A stretch of DNA of 41,504 nt. Origin: Planctomycetes bacterium GWC2_45_44. GTDB lineage: Bacteria > Planctomycetota > Phycisphaerae > Sedimentisphaerales > UBA12454. Each line of letters opens with the position of its first letter. The stretch's first letter is position 1. This document shows positions 1 through 9,695 of the stretch, piece by piece. Below the pieces are notes generated by a model that was not told where the DNA came from, did no database searches, and worked only from the letters and a program-made list of their open reading frames with translations. Position numbers and translations under genes: made by a program. Location of the stretch: NCBI GenBank assembly GCA_001824555.1, contig MHXU01000133.1, forward strand, positions 1-41,504, given 5' to 3'.

Positions 1-2
1 CT

Positions 3-305
3 GATTCAGTTTGTAAAACCGATGTTGAGATAAAAAATCGCAACGGCCTGCATATGAGGCCGGCGATGCTGCTTGTCGATATAGCGAGCAAATTCTCTTC
101 TGATATAAAAATCAGCAATGAGCAAACCACCGCTGATGCCAAGAGCATTATGCAGGTTACAATGCTTGCGGCCGCGGCCGGGACAAAACTTGCCATAATG
201 GCGAAAGGGAGCGATTGCGAACAGGCCGTCGAGGCTCTTAAGGAGCTTATCGAGGTCAGAATGTTTGATGAAGAAGGCAGGCAGGAAGCGGTTGCCGCCG
301 GCTGA
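3..305 (+). CDS. ptsH: Phosphocarrier protein HPr (5' end lies upstream of the window)
   Basis: The frame is open from base 3 (DSVCKTDVEIKNRNGLHMRPA). It contains the His15 motif GLHxRPA, which the ORF-track start at 54 cuts off, and the Ser46 motif DAKSIM. It sits directly upstream of enzyme I. Confidence 0.93.
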   Translation, partial: DSVCKTDVEIKNRNGLHMRPAMLLVDIASKFSSDIKISNEQTTADAKSIMQVTMLAAAAGTKLAIMAKGSDCEQAVEALKELIEVRMFDEEGRQEAVAAG

Positions 306-346
306 AAGAGTTGTCTTTTGGTTAACGGAGTTAATTCGATATAGTA

Positions 347-2083
347 ATGGAGATTAAAAAGGGTATAGCTGTTTCGCCGGGCATTGCGATTGCAAAGCCT
401 CTTGTGATTGATTCGGAGGATTACCGGATACCGAGGCGGTCTATACTTCCGTCGGCAAAAGTAGCAGAGGTTAAAAAGGTCAGAGACGCTTTCAAAAGCG
501 CCGCTGCCGAGCTTGAAGAGGTCGGCTCGGACGACAAGCTTGCCCAGGGCAACATCAAGGATATTTTTGCGGTTCACCAGCGGTTTTTGAAAGATAAAAA
601 CCTACGCAAGAAAATCACCGACCTTGTCTATAATGACTTGCTTACGGCGGAATATGCCGTTTCGACCACATTAAGGGATATTGCAAACCATTTCGCCGCC
701 GTTCCCGATAAATATATCAGCGAAAGAGCGACGGATATTTATGACATCGAAAAACGTCTGCTCCGGCATCTGCTCGGCAAAAAAAGGGAAGATGCTGCCA
801 GTATCAGCCACGAGGTAGTGGTTGTTGCGCACGAGTTGAGTCCGACCCAGACGGCGGGTTTTGATAAAAAATTCATAAAGGGTTTCGCCACCGATGCCGG
901 CGGAAGAACAAGCCACACGGCCATTGTTGCGCGTTCTTTGGGCATTCCCGCAGTGGTTGGTCTTGAGGATGTAACTCGAAATATCGACCCGACTGCGACG
1001 GTTATTATTGACGGCAATCGCGGCGTTGTAGTCATCGACCCCGATGAAGCTACGCTGAAACAATATCAGCAGTTTGCCGTGCAGTTCGACAGGCTCGAAA
1101 AGGAACTCGACGCCCTGCGAGACCTTGACGCGATTACGCGCGACGGCGTGGCGGTTCAGCTGCTTGGAAATATCGAATTTCCGAACGAAGCAGAGATGAT
1201 AATCGACAAGGGCGGACACGGAATAGGCCTGTATCGTACGGAATTTTTATATTTGTACAGTCAGACCGAACCTACGGAAGAAGACCATTACAACGCATAT
1301 ACCGAGGTTCTTCACGTTTTTGGAGATATGCCCGTTGTGATAAGGACTATGGACCTTGGCGCAGACAAGTTCACGCAGAGCAAGCGTTTTGCCAAGGAGA
1401 CGAATCCACAGCTTGGCCTTCGCTCAATCAGATTTTGTCTGCAAAATCTGGCGATGTTCAAAACGCAGCTTCGGGCTATTCTGCGAGCGTCCGTTCACGG
1501 CGATGTAAGGGTGATGTTCCCGCTGATTAGTTCTCTGCACGAACTGCGGCAGGCGAAAATGATTTTGCGCGACGTGATGGAGGACCTCGATGAAGACGGC
1601 CTTAAATACAATCCGAATATGCCTGTGGGCATTATGATAGAAACGCCCTCGGCCGCTCTTACCGCCTCGATTCTCGCGACAGAGAGCGATTTTTTCAGCA
1701 TAGGCACAAACGACCTGATTCAATATACTCTTGCGGTTGACAGAGGCAACGAGAGAGTTTCGACTCTTTATTCGGGAGCCGACCCCGCCATAATAGGCCT
1801 GCTCCGAAGCGTGATACACGATGCGAACAAAGCTCGAATCAGCGCAAGTGTTTGCGGAGAAATGGCATCAGAGCCGGAATATGTGATGCTCCTTTTGGGA
1901 TTGGGCTACAGGACTTTTTCGATTGCTCCGCCTATGATACCGGAAATCAAAAAAATAATACGTTCCGTAACGATAGAATCGTGCAATGACTTAGCCAGAA
2001 AAGTTTTGATGATGAATTCAGAACGCGAGGTAATAAATTATCTGCGCAACGCCGCGATAAAAGTTCTGCCGGAAGTGTTCTAA
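347..2083 (+). CDS. ptsI: PEP-protein phosphotransferase (PTS enzyme I)
   Basis: 578 aa with the phospho-His motif GGRTSHTAIVARSLGIP and the motifs GLYRTEFL, SIGTNDLIQY and VCGEMA. Confidence 0.97.
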   Translation: MEIKKGIAVSPGIAIAKPLVIDSEDYRIPRRSILPSAKVAEVKKVRDAFKSAAAELEEVGSDDKLAQGNIKDIFAVHQRFLKDKNLRKKITDLVYNDLLTAEYAVSTTLRDIANHFAAVPDKYISERATDIYDIEKRLLRHLLGKKREDAASISHEVVVVAHELSPTQTAGFDKKFIKGFATDAGGRTSHTAIVARSLGIPAVVGLEDVTRNIDPTATVIIDGNRGVVVIDPDEATLKQYQQFAVQFDRLEKELDALRDLDAITRDGVAVQLLGNIEFPNEAEMIIDKGGHGIGLYRTEFLYLYSQTEPTEEDHYNAYTEVLHVFGDMPVVIRTMDLGADKFTQSKRFAKETNPQLGLRSIRFCLQNLAMFKTQLRAILRASVHGDVRVMFPLISSLHELRQAKMILRDVMEDLDEDGLKYNPNMPVGIMIETPSAALTASILATESDFFSIGTNDLIQYTLAVDRGNERVSTLYSGADPAIIGLLRSVIHDANKARISASVCGEMASEPEYVMLLLGLGYRTFSIAPPMIPEIKKIIRSVTIESCNDLARKVLMMNSEREVINYLRNAAIKVLPEVF

Positions 2084-2177
2084 CGAAAATAAAAAATAAA
2101 AGATTAAAAATAAAAAATGCGGAATCCGCTTGCAGCGGAAACTATTTTTAAATAATTTTTTACAGAATTAAGGAGAT

Positions 2178-2834
2178 TTGCAAATAGAGTCGGTCGGTCT
2201 TACGCTTGCTGGCAGATTTAAGATATTCGGCAACGCGCGGTTTTTGTCGCATCAGGAAACTATGCGCACAATTACGCGAGCCGTTGTTCGCAGCGGTATC
2301 GAGATGGTTTATTCGCAGGGCTTTAATCCGCATCCGCGATTTTCACTGCCTCTGCCCAGAAATGTCGGGCTTGCCTCCGATGATGAGCTTTTTTCTATGA
2401 GAATTAAGCCTTCGCCGGCCTGTAATGACAGCGCTGATTACGCGAAACTGATTGCTCCGCAGTTGCCGATTGGGTTTGAATTGAAAGATGTCGAGCTGTA
2501 TCAGAAAAACGCGGCCTATCAGCCGATTGAGGTTGAGTATTTCATCCGTGCAGAATCGCGGCAGGGGGTTCTTGACAGTCTTAACGAAAAAATAAAATCC
2601 GGCGAAGAAATTATAGCCGAGAGAATTATAAACGAAAAAGGCGATACGAAAACGGTAAATATAGCGAACTTTCTTAAGGAATTCCAAATCGCAGGCGACG
2701 GCGTAAGAGTCGTCAGCAAAGTTTTTCCGAACGGAACGATTAGGCCCGACGAGATATTAAAACTGCTCGGCATAGATACGACAAACGTGAGCGGTTTGAT
2801 TATAAGAAAAAAAGTTAATTGGCAGATAAGTTAA
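2178..2834 (+). CDS. Radical SAM-linked protein (DUF2344/TIGR03936-like)
   Basis: N-terminal motif RFLSHQE...RAVVRSGI..YSQGFNPHPRFS..LP..VG and a C-terminal IRP. This family usually lies upstream of rne/rng. TTG start preceded by AAGGAG. Confidence 0.85.
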   Translation: MQIESVGLTLAGRFKIFGNARFLSHQETMRTITRAVVRSGIEMVYSQGFNPHPRFSLPLPRNVGLASDDELFSMRIKPSPACNDSADYAKLIAPQLPIGFELKDVELYQKNAAYQPIEVEYFIRAESRQGVLDSLNEKIKSGEEIIAERIINEKGDTKTVNIANFLKEFQIAGDGVRVVSKVFPNGTIRPDEILKLLGIDTTNVSGLIIRKKVNWQIS

Positions 2835-2994
2835 GTTTGGTATCTCGTTGTTCGTGAAGCGTGAAGCGAAAAACCGAAATACGCTTCACGAGATACGCTT
2901 CACAACTTATACTTTTTTTCATTGTGTTAGAGACTATTAGTTAATGAATCGGCCTAAAGGTCGATGATATTTTAAAATAAAGGATAGTGAATTT

Positions 2995-4479
2995 ATGTCA
3001 ACAGAGATGCTTATTAATTTTGCCGAGTCGGACGAGTGCAGAATCGCGGTCGTTCACGATGGCAGCCTCGAAGAGCTTTATGTAGAGAGAACTTCGGCGG
3101 CCAGCCACGTCGGCAATATATATAAAGGCAGAGTAGTAAATATCGAGCCTGCGATTCAGGCGGCGTTCATAGATTTCGGAGCCGGCAAAAACGGCTTCCT
3201 TCACGTCAGCGACCTGCACCCGCGATACTATATGCGCAAGGGGCAGGAATATACCGAACACATCGGCAAAAGAAAAGCTCTGCGGGACAGGCCTCCGATT
3301 CAGCAATGCCTGAAAAAAGGACAGGATTTAGTCGTTCAGGTTACCAAAGAGGGCATAAACACCAAAGGCCCGACGCTTTCGACATATTTGTCGCTGCCGG
3401 GCAAATATCTCGTTATGATGCCCTGGATGCACGACCTCGGCGTTTCGCAGAAAATTGAAGACGAGCAGGAACGCGCAAGGCTGCGTGCGATTCTCGATGA
3501 GGTCGCAGTGCCTGACAAGGCAGGGTTCATTATGCGAACCGCAAGCGAAGGCTGCTCCAAAAAAGATGTTCAGAAGGATTTGGAATATATCAGCAGGCTG
3601 TTCAGCGCAATCGAGAAAAAAATGGATGCCGCTCCATCTCCATCGGAGCTTTATCGCGAGTCGGATTTGGTTATCCGTGTAATCAGAGATATTTTCAATA
3701 ATGATGTCAGCAAAATAATCTGCGACAGCGAGCAGGTTGCCAAAAAGGTAAGCGATTTTCTTGCCATTATTCAGCCGCGAATGCAAAAACGGGTTTCGTA
3801 TTACGACGGCAAAATACCGCTTTTCCACAAGTATAAAGTGGAAGACGAATTAAGGAGCATCAACTTAAAGCGCGTCGAACTCAAAAGCGGCGGCTCGATT
3901 GTCATAGAGCAGACCGAGGCTTTAGTTGCGATTGATGTCAACAGCGGCAAATACAGAAAACACGAAAATGCCGAGCAGACCGCGCTGAAAATTAACGTCG
4001 AAGCGGCAAAAGAAATTGCCCGCCAGTTGAAACTCCGCGATATGGGCGGGCTGATTATCTGCGATTTTATTGATATGCGCGACAGCAAAAACAGAAGGGA
4101 AGTTGAAAAGGCTTTTCGAACCGCTCTCGGCAGCGACAAAGCGCGCAGCAGAATCCTCAAGATTAGCTCGTTCGGCATAATAGAAATGACTCGCCAGAGA
4201 ATGAGGCCTTCGCTGCAGTTGAGTACCTATCATAAATGCCCGTACTGTCTGGGTTCTGGTATGGTCAAAAGCCCCGAATCGGCCGCTATCGAAATTATGA
4301 GAACGCTGAATATGGCCGCGGCAAAGAGCGATGTCAGACGAATCGAACTTTCCGTTCCGCCTGCCGTCGCGGATTTTATGCTTAACAAACGCAGGGCTGC
4401 GCTGGCCAAAATTGAAGCAAACGAGCAGAAGCATATAATTATTCGCTCTGATGTTTTGACGAACGCGAAGCGATTGTAA
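2995..4479 (+). CDS. rne: Ribonuclease E/G family endoribonuclease
   Basis: S1 domain (GNIYKGRVVNIEPAIQAAFIDFG), catalytic AIDVNSG and LRDMGGLIICDF, and the Zn-link CPYC. No long C-terminal scaffold, so it is RNase G-sized. Confidence 0.93.
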   Translation: MSTEMLINFAESDECRIAVVHDGSLEELYVERTSAASHVGNIYKGRVVNIEPAIQAAFIDFGAGKNGFLHVSDLHPRYYMRKGQEYTEHIGKRKALRDRPPIQQCLKKGQDLVVQVTKEGINTKGPTLSTYLSLPGKYLVMMPWMHDLGVSQKIEDEQERARLRAILDEVAVPDKAGFIMRTASEGCSKKDVQKDLEYISRLFSAIEKKMDAAPSPSELYRESDLVIRVIRDIFNNDVSKIICDSEQVAKKVSDFLAIIQPRMQKRVSYYDGKIPLFHKYKVEDELRSINLKRVELKSGGSIVIEQTEALVAIDVNSGKYRKHENAEQTALKINVEAAKEIARQLKLRDMGGLIICDFIDMRDSKNRREVEKAFRTALGSDKARSRILKISSFGIIEMTRQRMRPSLQLSTYHKCPYCLGSGMVKSPESAAIEIMRTLNMAAAKSDVRRIELSVPPAVADFMLNKRRAALAKIEANEQKHIIIRSDVLTNAKRL

Positions 4480-4543
4480 AAATATAAAAAATAAAATAAT
4501 ATCTCTGTGGCTATCCTTTTTATAACAATGGAATGATTAAAGA

Positions 4544-5521
4544 ATGAAGATTGACCTTAATTACGCAAAACAGGTGATAACATCCGAGGCGGCGGGCGTT
4601 GCCAAAATGGGCGCCATCGTTGACGATGTTTTTTATTCCGCCGCCGAGCTGATTTATGACTGCAAAGGCTCGGTTATTGTAACTGGTATGGGCAAGGCCG
4701 GTATCGTCGGCCAAAAAATCAGCTCAACGCTTGCTTCGACAGGCACGCCGAGCCATTTTTTGCATCCCGCCGAGGCCGTTCACGGCGATTTAGGCAGACT
4801 GCGGCAGGGCGATGTCGTTCTTGCTTTGAGCTACGGCGGCGAAACGGACGAAATTCTGCGAATGGTGAATATCGTCAAGCAGCTTGAAATTAAAATTATC
4901 GCCATCACAGGCAAAAAGCAATCGCGTCTGGCAAAATACAGCGACATTGTTCTTTGTATGGGCGAATTGGAGGAGGCTTGTCCGCTCGGCGTTGCGCCCA
5001 GCGTTTCGACTACCTGTATGCTCGCGGTCGGCGACGCTCTGGCGTTAGTCGTTATGAAAGCAAAGGAATTCGGCGTTGAAGATTACGCTCGATTTCACCC
5101 CGCCGGTTCGCTCGGCGCGAAATTGATTACCGTCGAACAATCAATGATGCTCAAGGCCGACGAAAAACTGCCTCTTGCAAAAGTCTCCGACACTGTCCGG
5201 CAAATGCTCTCGGCAAACAGCGGTGTCAAGAGACACGGAGCGGTAATGATTGTCGGCGCTGACGGCAAATTAGTCGGCATTGTTACGGATGCCGATTTGC
5301 GAAGGCACATCGCGGCAGCCGGCGAAAAGGCGTTTGATATTGCGGTTAAGGATATGATGACCGCAAACTGCAAAAGAATCAGAGCCGGCGCACTTGCCGC
5401 CGAGGCGATGGCGATTTTCCACAAGCACAGAATCGACGATTTGCCCGTTGTCGATGATAATGATAAGCCTGTCGGTATGATTGACGTTCAGGATGTATTC
5501 GCAATAAAGATAGTTGGATAA
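4544..5521 (+). CDS. kdsD: Arabinose-5-phosphate isomerase (KpsF/GutQ family)
   Basis: SIS motifs TGMGKAG, STGTPSHFLHPAEAVHGDLG and FHPAGSLG, followed by a CBS pair. Adjacent to kdsC. Confidence 0.95.
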   Translation: MKIDLNYAKQVITSEAAGVAKMGAIVDDVFYSAAELIYDCKGSVIVTGMGKAGIVGQKISSTLASTGTPSHFLHPAEAVHGDLGRLRQGDVVLALSYGGETDEILRMVNIVKQLEIKIIAITGKKQSRLAKYSDIVLCMGELEEACPLGVAPSVSTTCMLAVGDALALVVMKAKEFGVEDYARFHPAGSLGAKLITVEQSMMLKADEKLPLAKVSDTVRQMLSANSGVKRHGAVMIVGADGKLVGIVTDADLRRHIAAAGEKAFDIAVKDMMTANCKRIRAGALAAEAMAIFHKHRIDDLPVVDDNDKPVGMIDVQDVFAIKIVG

Positions 5522-5523
5522 AA

Positions 5524-6051
5524 ATGAATAATATCAAAAAAAATGATTTGAAAGAAATTAAACTTCTTGCGATGGACGTTGACGGCGTTCTAACCGACGG
5601 CGGTCTTTTAATCGGCTCCGACGGCACGGAATTCAAAAACTTCAATCTCCTCGACGGCCACGGAATCAGAATGTGGCACAGGGCGGGCTTCAAAACCGCA
5701 ATTATCAGCGGCAGAAAAAGCGGCGCAACGCAGGCCAGAGCGAAGGAACTTGAAATCAATTTTGTTTATCAGCCCTGCGATAACAAACTCGAAGGGTTTA
5801 ATGACCTGCTGGCCAAATCGGGACTTGAACCAAAAAATATAGCCTATATCGGCGACGATGTAATGGATATTCCTCTTGTAAAAAGGGCGGGCTTCGGTGT
5901 CGCGGTCGCAAACGCAGTTAACGAACTAAAAAGCTGCGCTCATTATATAACATCAGGCAGCGGCGGAAACGGCGCCGTCCGTGAAGTTATCGAATACATC
6001 CTCAAAAACACCGGCCAATGGGACGAACTGATGCGGCGATATTTGATTTAA
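5524..6051 (+). CDS. kdsC: KDO-8-phosphate phosphatase (HAD family)
   Basis: Motifs MDVDGVLTDG, IISGR, YIGDDVMD and GGNGAVRE. Confidence 0.95.
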   Translation: MNNIKKNDLKEIKLLAMDVDGVLTDGGLLIGSDGTEFKNFNLLDGHGIRMWHRAGFKTAIISGRKSGATQARAKELEINFVYQPCDNKLEGFNDLLAKSGLEPKNIAYIGDDVMDIPLVKRAGFGVAVANAVNELKSCAHYITSGSGGNGAVREVIEYILKNTGQWDELMRRYLI

Positions 6052-6057
6052 AATGGA

Positions 6058-8280
6058 ATGGAATCTATGATATTAGGACGAAAATTTATAATCTGGTTTG
6101 TTTCGTTTGTCATTGTTCTGGGGGCGTTTTTGCTCTACAGAGGAGCTAACGATGCCGGCGTAATTGAATTGACCTCGCTTAACGTCGCATCCGACGCCAA
6201 CGACGCGAATATATTCGCCGACGCCAACGCCGGCCAAATCGGACAGGCAAAACTGAAAGGCCTTCGGCAGGCGCGTTTCGATACCGTTGATGCCAAAACC
6301 AGAAAGCTGAAGCGGAGCGTGGGTTTTGAAAAAGTTATACACACCACCGGCGACCTGTGGGAACTTGACAAGCCGTATATGAATGTTTTTCAGGGCAAGC
6401 TGCGCTGCGATATTACCTCCGACACCGGAATCATCGAGGTCGAAAATGTCGAAGGTTCGGATCCAACCCCGAAATCAGCCGTGCTGAAAAACAATGTTAT
6501 AATCCACATTATGCCCGAAACCGTCGCCAGTATGTCGGATAGTTTCATATATCTCAACGAAGTTACGTTCGATTCCGACCGTTCGATGTTCTTTTCCGAT
6601 AATGATGTTAATTTTATCTCCGCCGACGCTCATCTTGTCGGCAAAGGGCTGGAAGTCGTTTATAACAGCATTACCAATCGGCTCGAATATCTCAAAATTA
6701 TGCAAGTCGATTATCTGAACATCACAAGCGTTCAGAAGGCCAAAAAGCTCGAAGAGCAAAACGCCAAAAAGGAAACCGCCGCTGCTGCCCCTTCGCAGTC
6801 GGCCGCGCAATCTCAACCTGCGCAATCACAGCCCGCCAATGCCCAAGCTGCCGCGCCGCAGCCCAAATCCGCCAAAAAGACCGGCGAAAATTATAAGTGC
6901 CTCTTCCAGAATCAGGCCACAATAGAATATGGAGACGAGGTTGTGCTGGCCGATGAGATTGCCATTACAAATCTTTTGCTGTCCGATTCGCAGTCTGATT
7001 CTGATTCGCAGCCGCAGGCCGAAAAAACCGTCGCTCCCGTCGTGTCCGCTAATCAACCCGCTGTCAAGGCTGATACCAATATTCCTCCGCAGCCCGACCC
7101 TGCCGAACTGCAAAAGCGGATAATGTCCGAATTTCAGAACAGGCCGGTCGTTGCGATTGTCAAATGCAAAGGCGCGATGCTCGTAAAGCCCGAATCTTCC
7201 GCTCGAATCGACAATTATAAGTATGCCGATTTCAAAAAATTCGAGCAGTTATCCGACGATGTGCGTCAAATGCTCGGCAGAAGAAATATCCTGTCAAGTC
7301 GGCGTGTAAGCTACGATTACACGAATGAAATAGCCAAAGCGTATGACGATGTCGAAGTTGTCGCGTATCCCAAAACCGCCGATGCGAACAATATCGAAAA
7401 ACCATTTATTATAAGTTCCAAAAAAGGCGCAGAATTCCTGACAAAAAACAATCAGGCGATTTTTTATGGCAGCGTCAAAGGCGTTTTCGCCAAACAGACT
7501 GATGCTTATAACGAGGAAAATACATTCTTCGGCGACAAGCTGATTGTAGATTTGGCCGCAGCGGATACAAATGAACAGCCTACAGCACAGTCCGCCACTC
7601 CGATGTCCGCCAACGTGTCGCATATTACCGTCGTCGGACCAGGCGTTCGGCTCGAATCGGCCAGAACGCTCGGCGAAAAAAAGTTGAGCCACATTCGGCT
7701 TAAATCAAAACAAATAGATTACGACAAAGTTACCGAGAACATCATCGCTTCCGGCAAAGGCCAAATCGAATACGCAAGGGAGGAGCAGCCGGCCAAATCG
7801 GACGCTGCTTCGCAATCGTCAGCGGGCAAACCCTGCTATACAATCGTCGATGGCTTTGACAATCTTACCTGGGATACAAACTCGATGCACGTCCGAGCCG
7901 TCAGCGACAAAACCAACGGCATTCATGTTGGCTATATGCCGTTCACGCTCGACGAAAATCGCCAGAAAGTGTACGGCAAAAAAATTACAATCGACACTCG
8001 ACAGGTTGACATTGACTACAGCGAGCCTGTAAAAGGCAAATCGCAAATCGACCAGCTTTTCGCCACCGGCGGAGTTGTTTTTAACGAGCAGAACACATGG
8101 GAATTTGCCGGCAAAGAGCTTTCATATTACGCGAAGGACGATTTCCTCACCGTTTCCGGCTCACAGGATGTACCCTGTATGCTGAACGGCGCTTTTGTCG
8201 ATGGAATAGAATACAATCTTAAAACAGGCGCAGCCAGCGGCGTTATCGGCAAAGGCATCGGCGTTATGCCTTCGAGATAA
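6058..8280 (+). CDS. Large periplasmic LptC/LptA (OstA)-like beta-jellyroll protein with an N-terminal membrane anchor
   Basis: One N-terminal TM helix followed by beta-rich repeats (e.g. LNEVTFDSDRSMFFSDNDVNFISADAHLVGKGLEV) and Pro/Ala/Gln linkers. Occupies the lptC position after kdsD-kdsC. Family assigned from context and pattern only. Confidence 0.6.
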   Translation: MESMILGRKFIIWFVSFVIVLGAFLLYRGANDAGVIELTSLNVASDANDANIFADANAGQIGQAKLKGLRQARFDTVDAKTRKLKRSVGFEKVIHTTGDLWELDKPYMNVFQGKLRCDITSDTGIIEVENVEGSDPTPKSAVLKNNVIIHIMPETVASMSDSFIYLNEVTFDSDRSMFFSDNDVNFISADAHLVGKGLEVVYNSITNRLEYLKIMQVDYLNITSVQKAKKLEEQNAKKETAAAAPSQSAAQSQPAQSQPANAQAAAPQPKSAKKTGENYKCLFQNQATIEYGDEVVLADEIAITNLLLSDSQSDSDSQPQAEKTVAPVVSANQPAVKADTNIPPQPDPAELQKRIMSEFQNRPVVAIVKCKGAMLVKPESSARIDNYKYADFKKFEQLSDDVRQMLGRRNILSSRRVSYDYTNEIAKAYDDVEVVAYPKTADANNIEKPFIISSKKGAEFLTKNNQAIFYGSVKGVFAKQTDAYNEENTFFGDKLIVDLAAADTNEQPTAQSATPMSANVSHITVVGPGVRLESARTLGEKKLSHIRLKSKQIDYDKVTENIIASGKGQIEYAREEQPAKSDAASQSSAGKPCYTIVDGFDNLTWDTNSMHVRAVSDKTNGIHVGYMPFTLDENRQKVYGKKITIDTRQVDIDYSEPVKGKSQIDQLFATGGVVFNEQNTWEFAGKELSYYAKDDFLTVSGSQDVPCMLNGAFVDGIEYNLKTGAASGVIGKGIGVMPSR

Positions 8281-8285
8281 AATAT

Positions 8286-8315
8286 TTGACAACAGGATTG
8301 CCTTGCTGATACACT
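8286..8315 (+). promoter_or_regulatory. Putative sigma70 promoter for the DUF2157 operon
   Basis: TTGACA (8286-8291), 18-nt spacer, TACACT (8310-8315) with an upstream TG. Confidence 0.5.
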
Positions 8316-8363
8316 TGTGAAGTCAATTGTGTTTGTGCTTTAGATTTTATTGGTTTTGGATTT

Positions 8364-9695
8364 ATGGCCTGTCAAAACGAAAAAATTCGCTGGCTGCACA
8401 ATCAGATTCAGGATTGGGTGCGTTTGGGAATAATCGACACTGCCTGCGGCGAATCCATCGGCAAACTTTACCCTCCGCAAAAATCTTCACGCTCCTGGGC
8501 ATTGCTGATATTTTCCGGTCTCGGCGCGGTTATAATCGGCCTGGGCGTTATCCTTCTTTTTGCGTATAATTGGGATAAAATGGACAAATTCGCCAAGCTG
8601 GCAACCGTATTCGGTTCGCTGATTTTGGCGTATCTGGCCGGCGTAAGCCTTTTCACCCTGACCGAGCGGTTTAGAGGCATTGGCGAATCGCTTTGCCTGC
8701 TTGGCACAATGCTGTTTGGGGCGGGCATTTGGCTCGTCGCGCAGATTTATCACATCGAAGAACATTTCCCAAACGCCTTTCTGTTTTGGGGGTTGGGCGC
8801 GTTTTTGATGGCCTGGGCGATGCCATCTGTAATACAGGCTGCTCTTGCGGCGGTACTTTTCGGGTTGTTTGCGATTATGGAAGGCTCGGAATTTCGCACT
8901 GCCGTTCCTTATGTATTTTTGTTTTTGCTGCTGCTCCTGCCGCTTGCCTATAAAAAACAGTCATGGTTTCTGCTTTCGGTAATTCTTCTGTCAGCGGCCT
9001 GTTCGATTCTTTTTATGACCATAACATTGCAGCACAGCGAGATGATTGTCTTTCATTCTCTGCTAAGTATCTTTATTTTTTATACCGCCGTCGGATTGCT
9101 TCATCAGAAATCTGATGAATTTGAAAAATTTTCTGCTGTATATTGTTTCATCGGCATAGCGGGCTATCTGCTTATGCTTTTTATTCTGTCCTTCGACGAT
9201 ATAAGCCGTGAAATTTTAGAGCATCCGCTGCCTTTAAAGATAGACGCTGTATTTTACTGGCTCACTCCTTTTGCGCTTTCCATAGTTCTTTGGCTTGGAG
9301 TTATCAGGGAGATATTCAAAAAAACGCTTGTAAAATATTATTCGCACGATTTGCTTTTGATGCCGGTTCTGCTGATTTTCCTGTGCAGTTATTCTTTCAG
9401 CATTACAAGGTGTTTCGATTGGCCGGTGATTGGAGTATTTAATCTGCTCTTTTTGGTTCATTGTTTAATGATGATGGCCAAAGGCTGTATAGATGTGAAG
9501 TTAAACCAGGTGATTGTCGGCTCGCTGCTGCTGGCTGCGCTGGTTGTCGCGAGGTTCTTTGACTTTTTTGAAAGCTTGGCCGTTCGGGGAACTGTTTTTG
9601 TTATTGTCGGCGTTTTGATTTTCAGTCAGGGTTTTTTCTATATCAAATCAAAGAAGAAAAAAGCCCTGCGGGAGAATAAATGCGAAAGCTGCTGA
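8364..9695 (+). CDS. DUF2157 domain polytopic membrane protein
   Basis: W..QI..W...GII N-terminus, GLGVILLFAYNW and GAGIWLVAQIYHI, with many TM helices. Overlaps the GDYXXLXY gene. Confidence 0.85.
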   Translation: MACQNEKIRWLHNQIQDWVRLGIIDTACGESIGKLYPPQKSSRSWALLIFSGLGAVIIGLGVILLFAYNWDKMDKFAKLATVFGSLILAYLAGVSLFTLTERFRGIGESLCLLGTMLFGAGIWLVAQIYHIEEHFPNAFLFWGLGAFLMAWAMPSVIQAALAAVLFGLFAIMEGSEFRTAVPYVFLFLLLLLPLAYKKQSWFLLSVILLSAACSILFMTITLQHSEMIVFHSLLSIFIFYTAVGLLHQKSDEFEKFSAVYCFIGIAGYLLMLFILSFDDISREILEHPLPLKIDAVFYWLTPFALSIVLWLGVIREIFKKTLVKYYSHDLLLMPVLLIFLCSYSFSITRCFDWPVIGVFNLLFLVHCLMMMAKGCIDVKLNQVIVGSLLLAALVVARFFDFFESLAVRGTVFVIVGVLIFSQGFFYIKSKKKKALRENKCESC

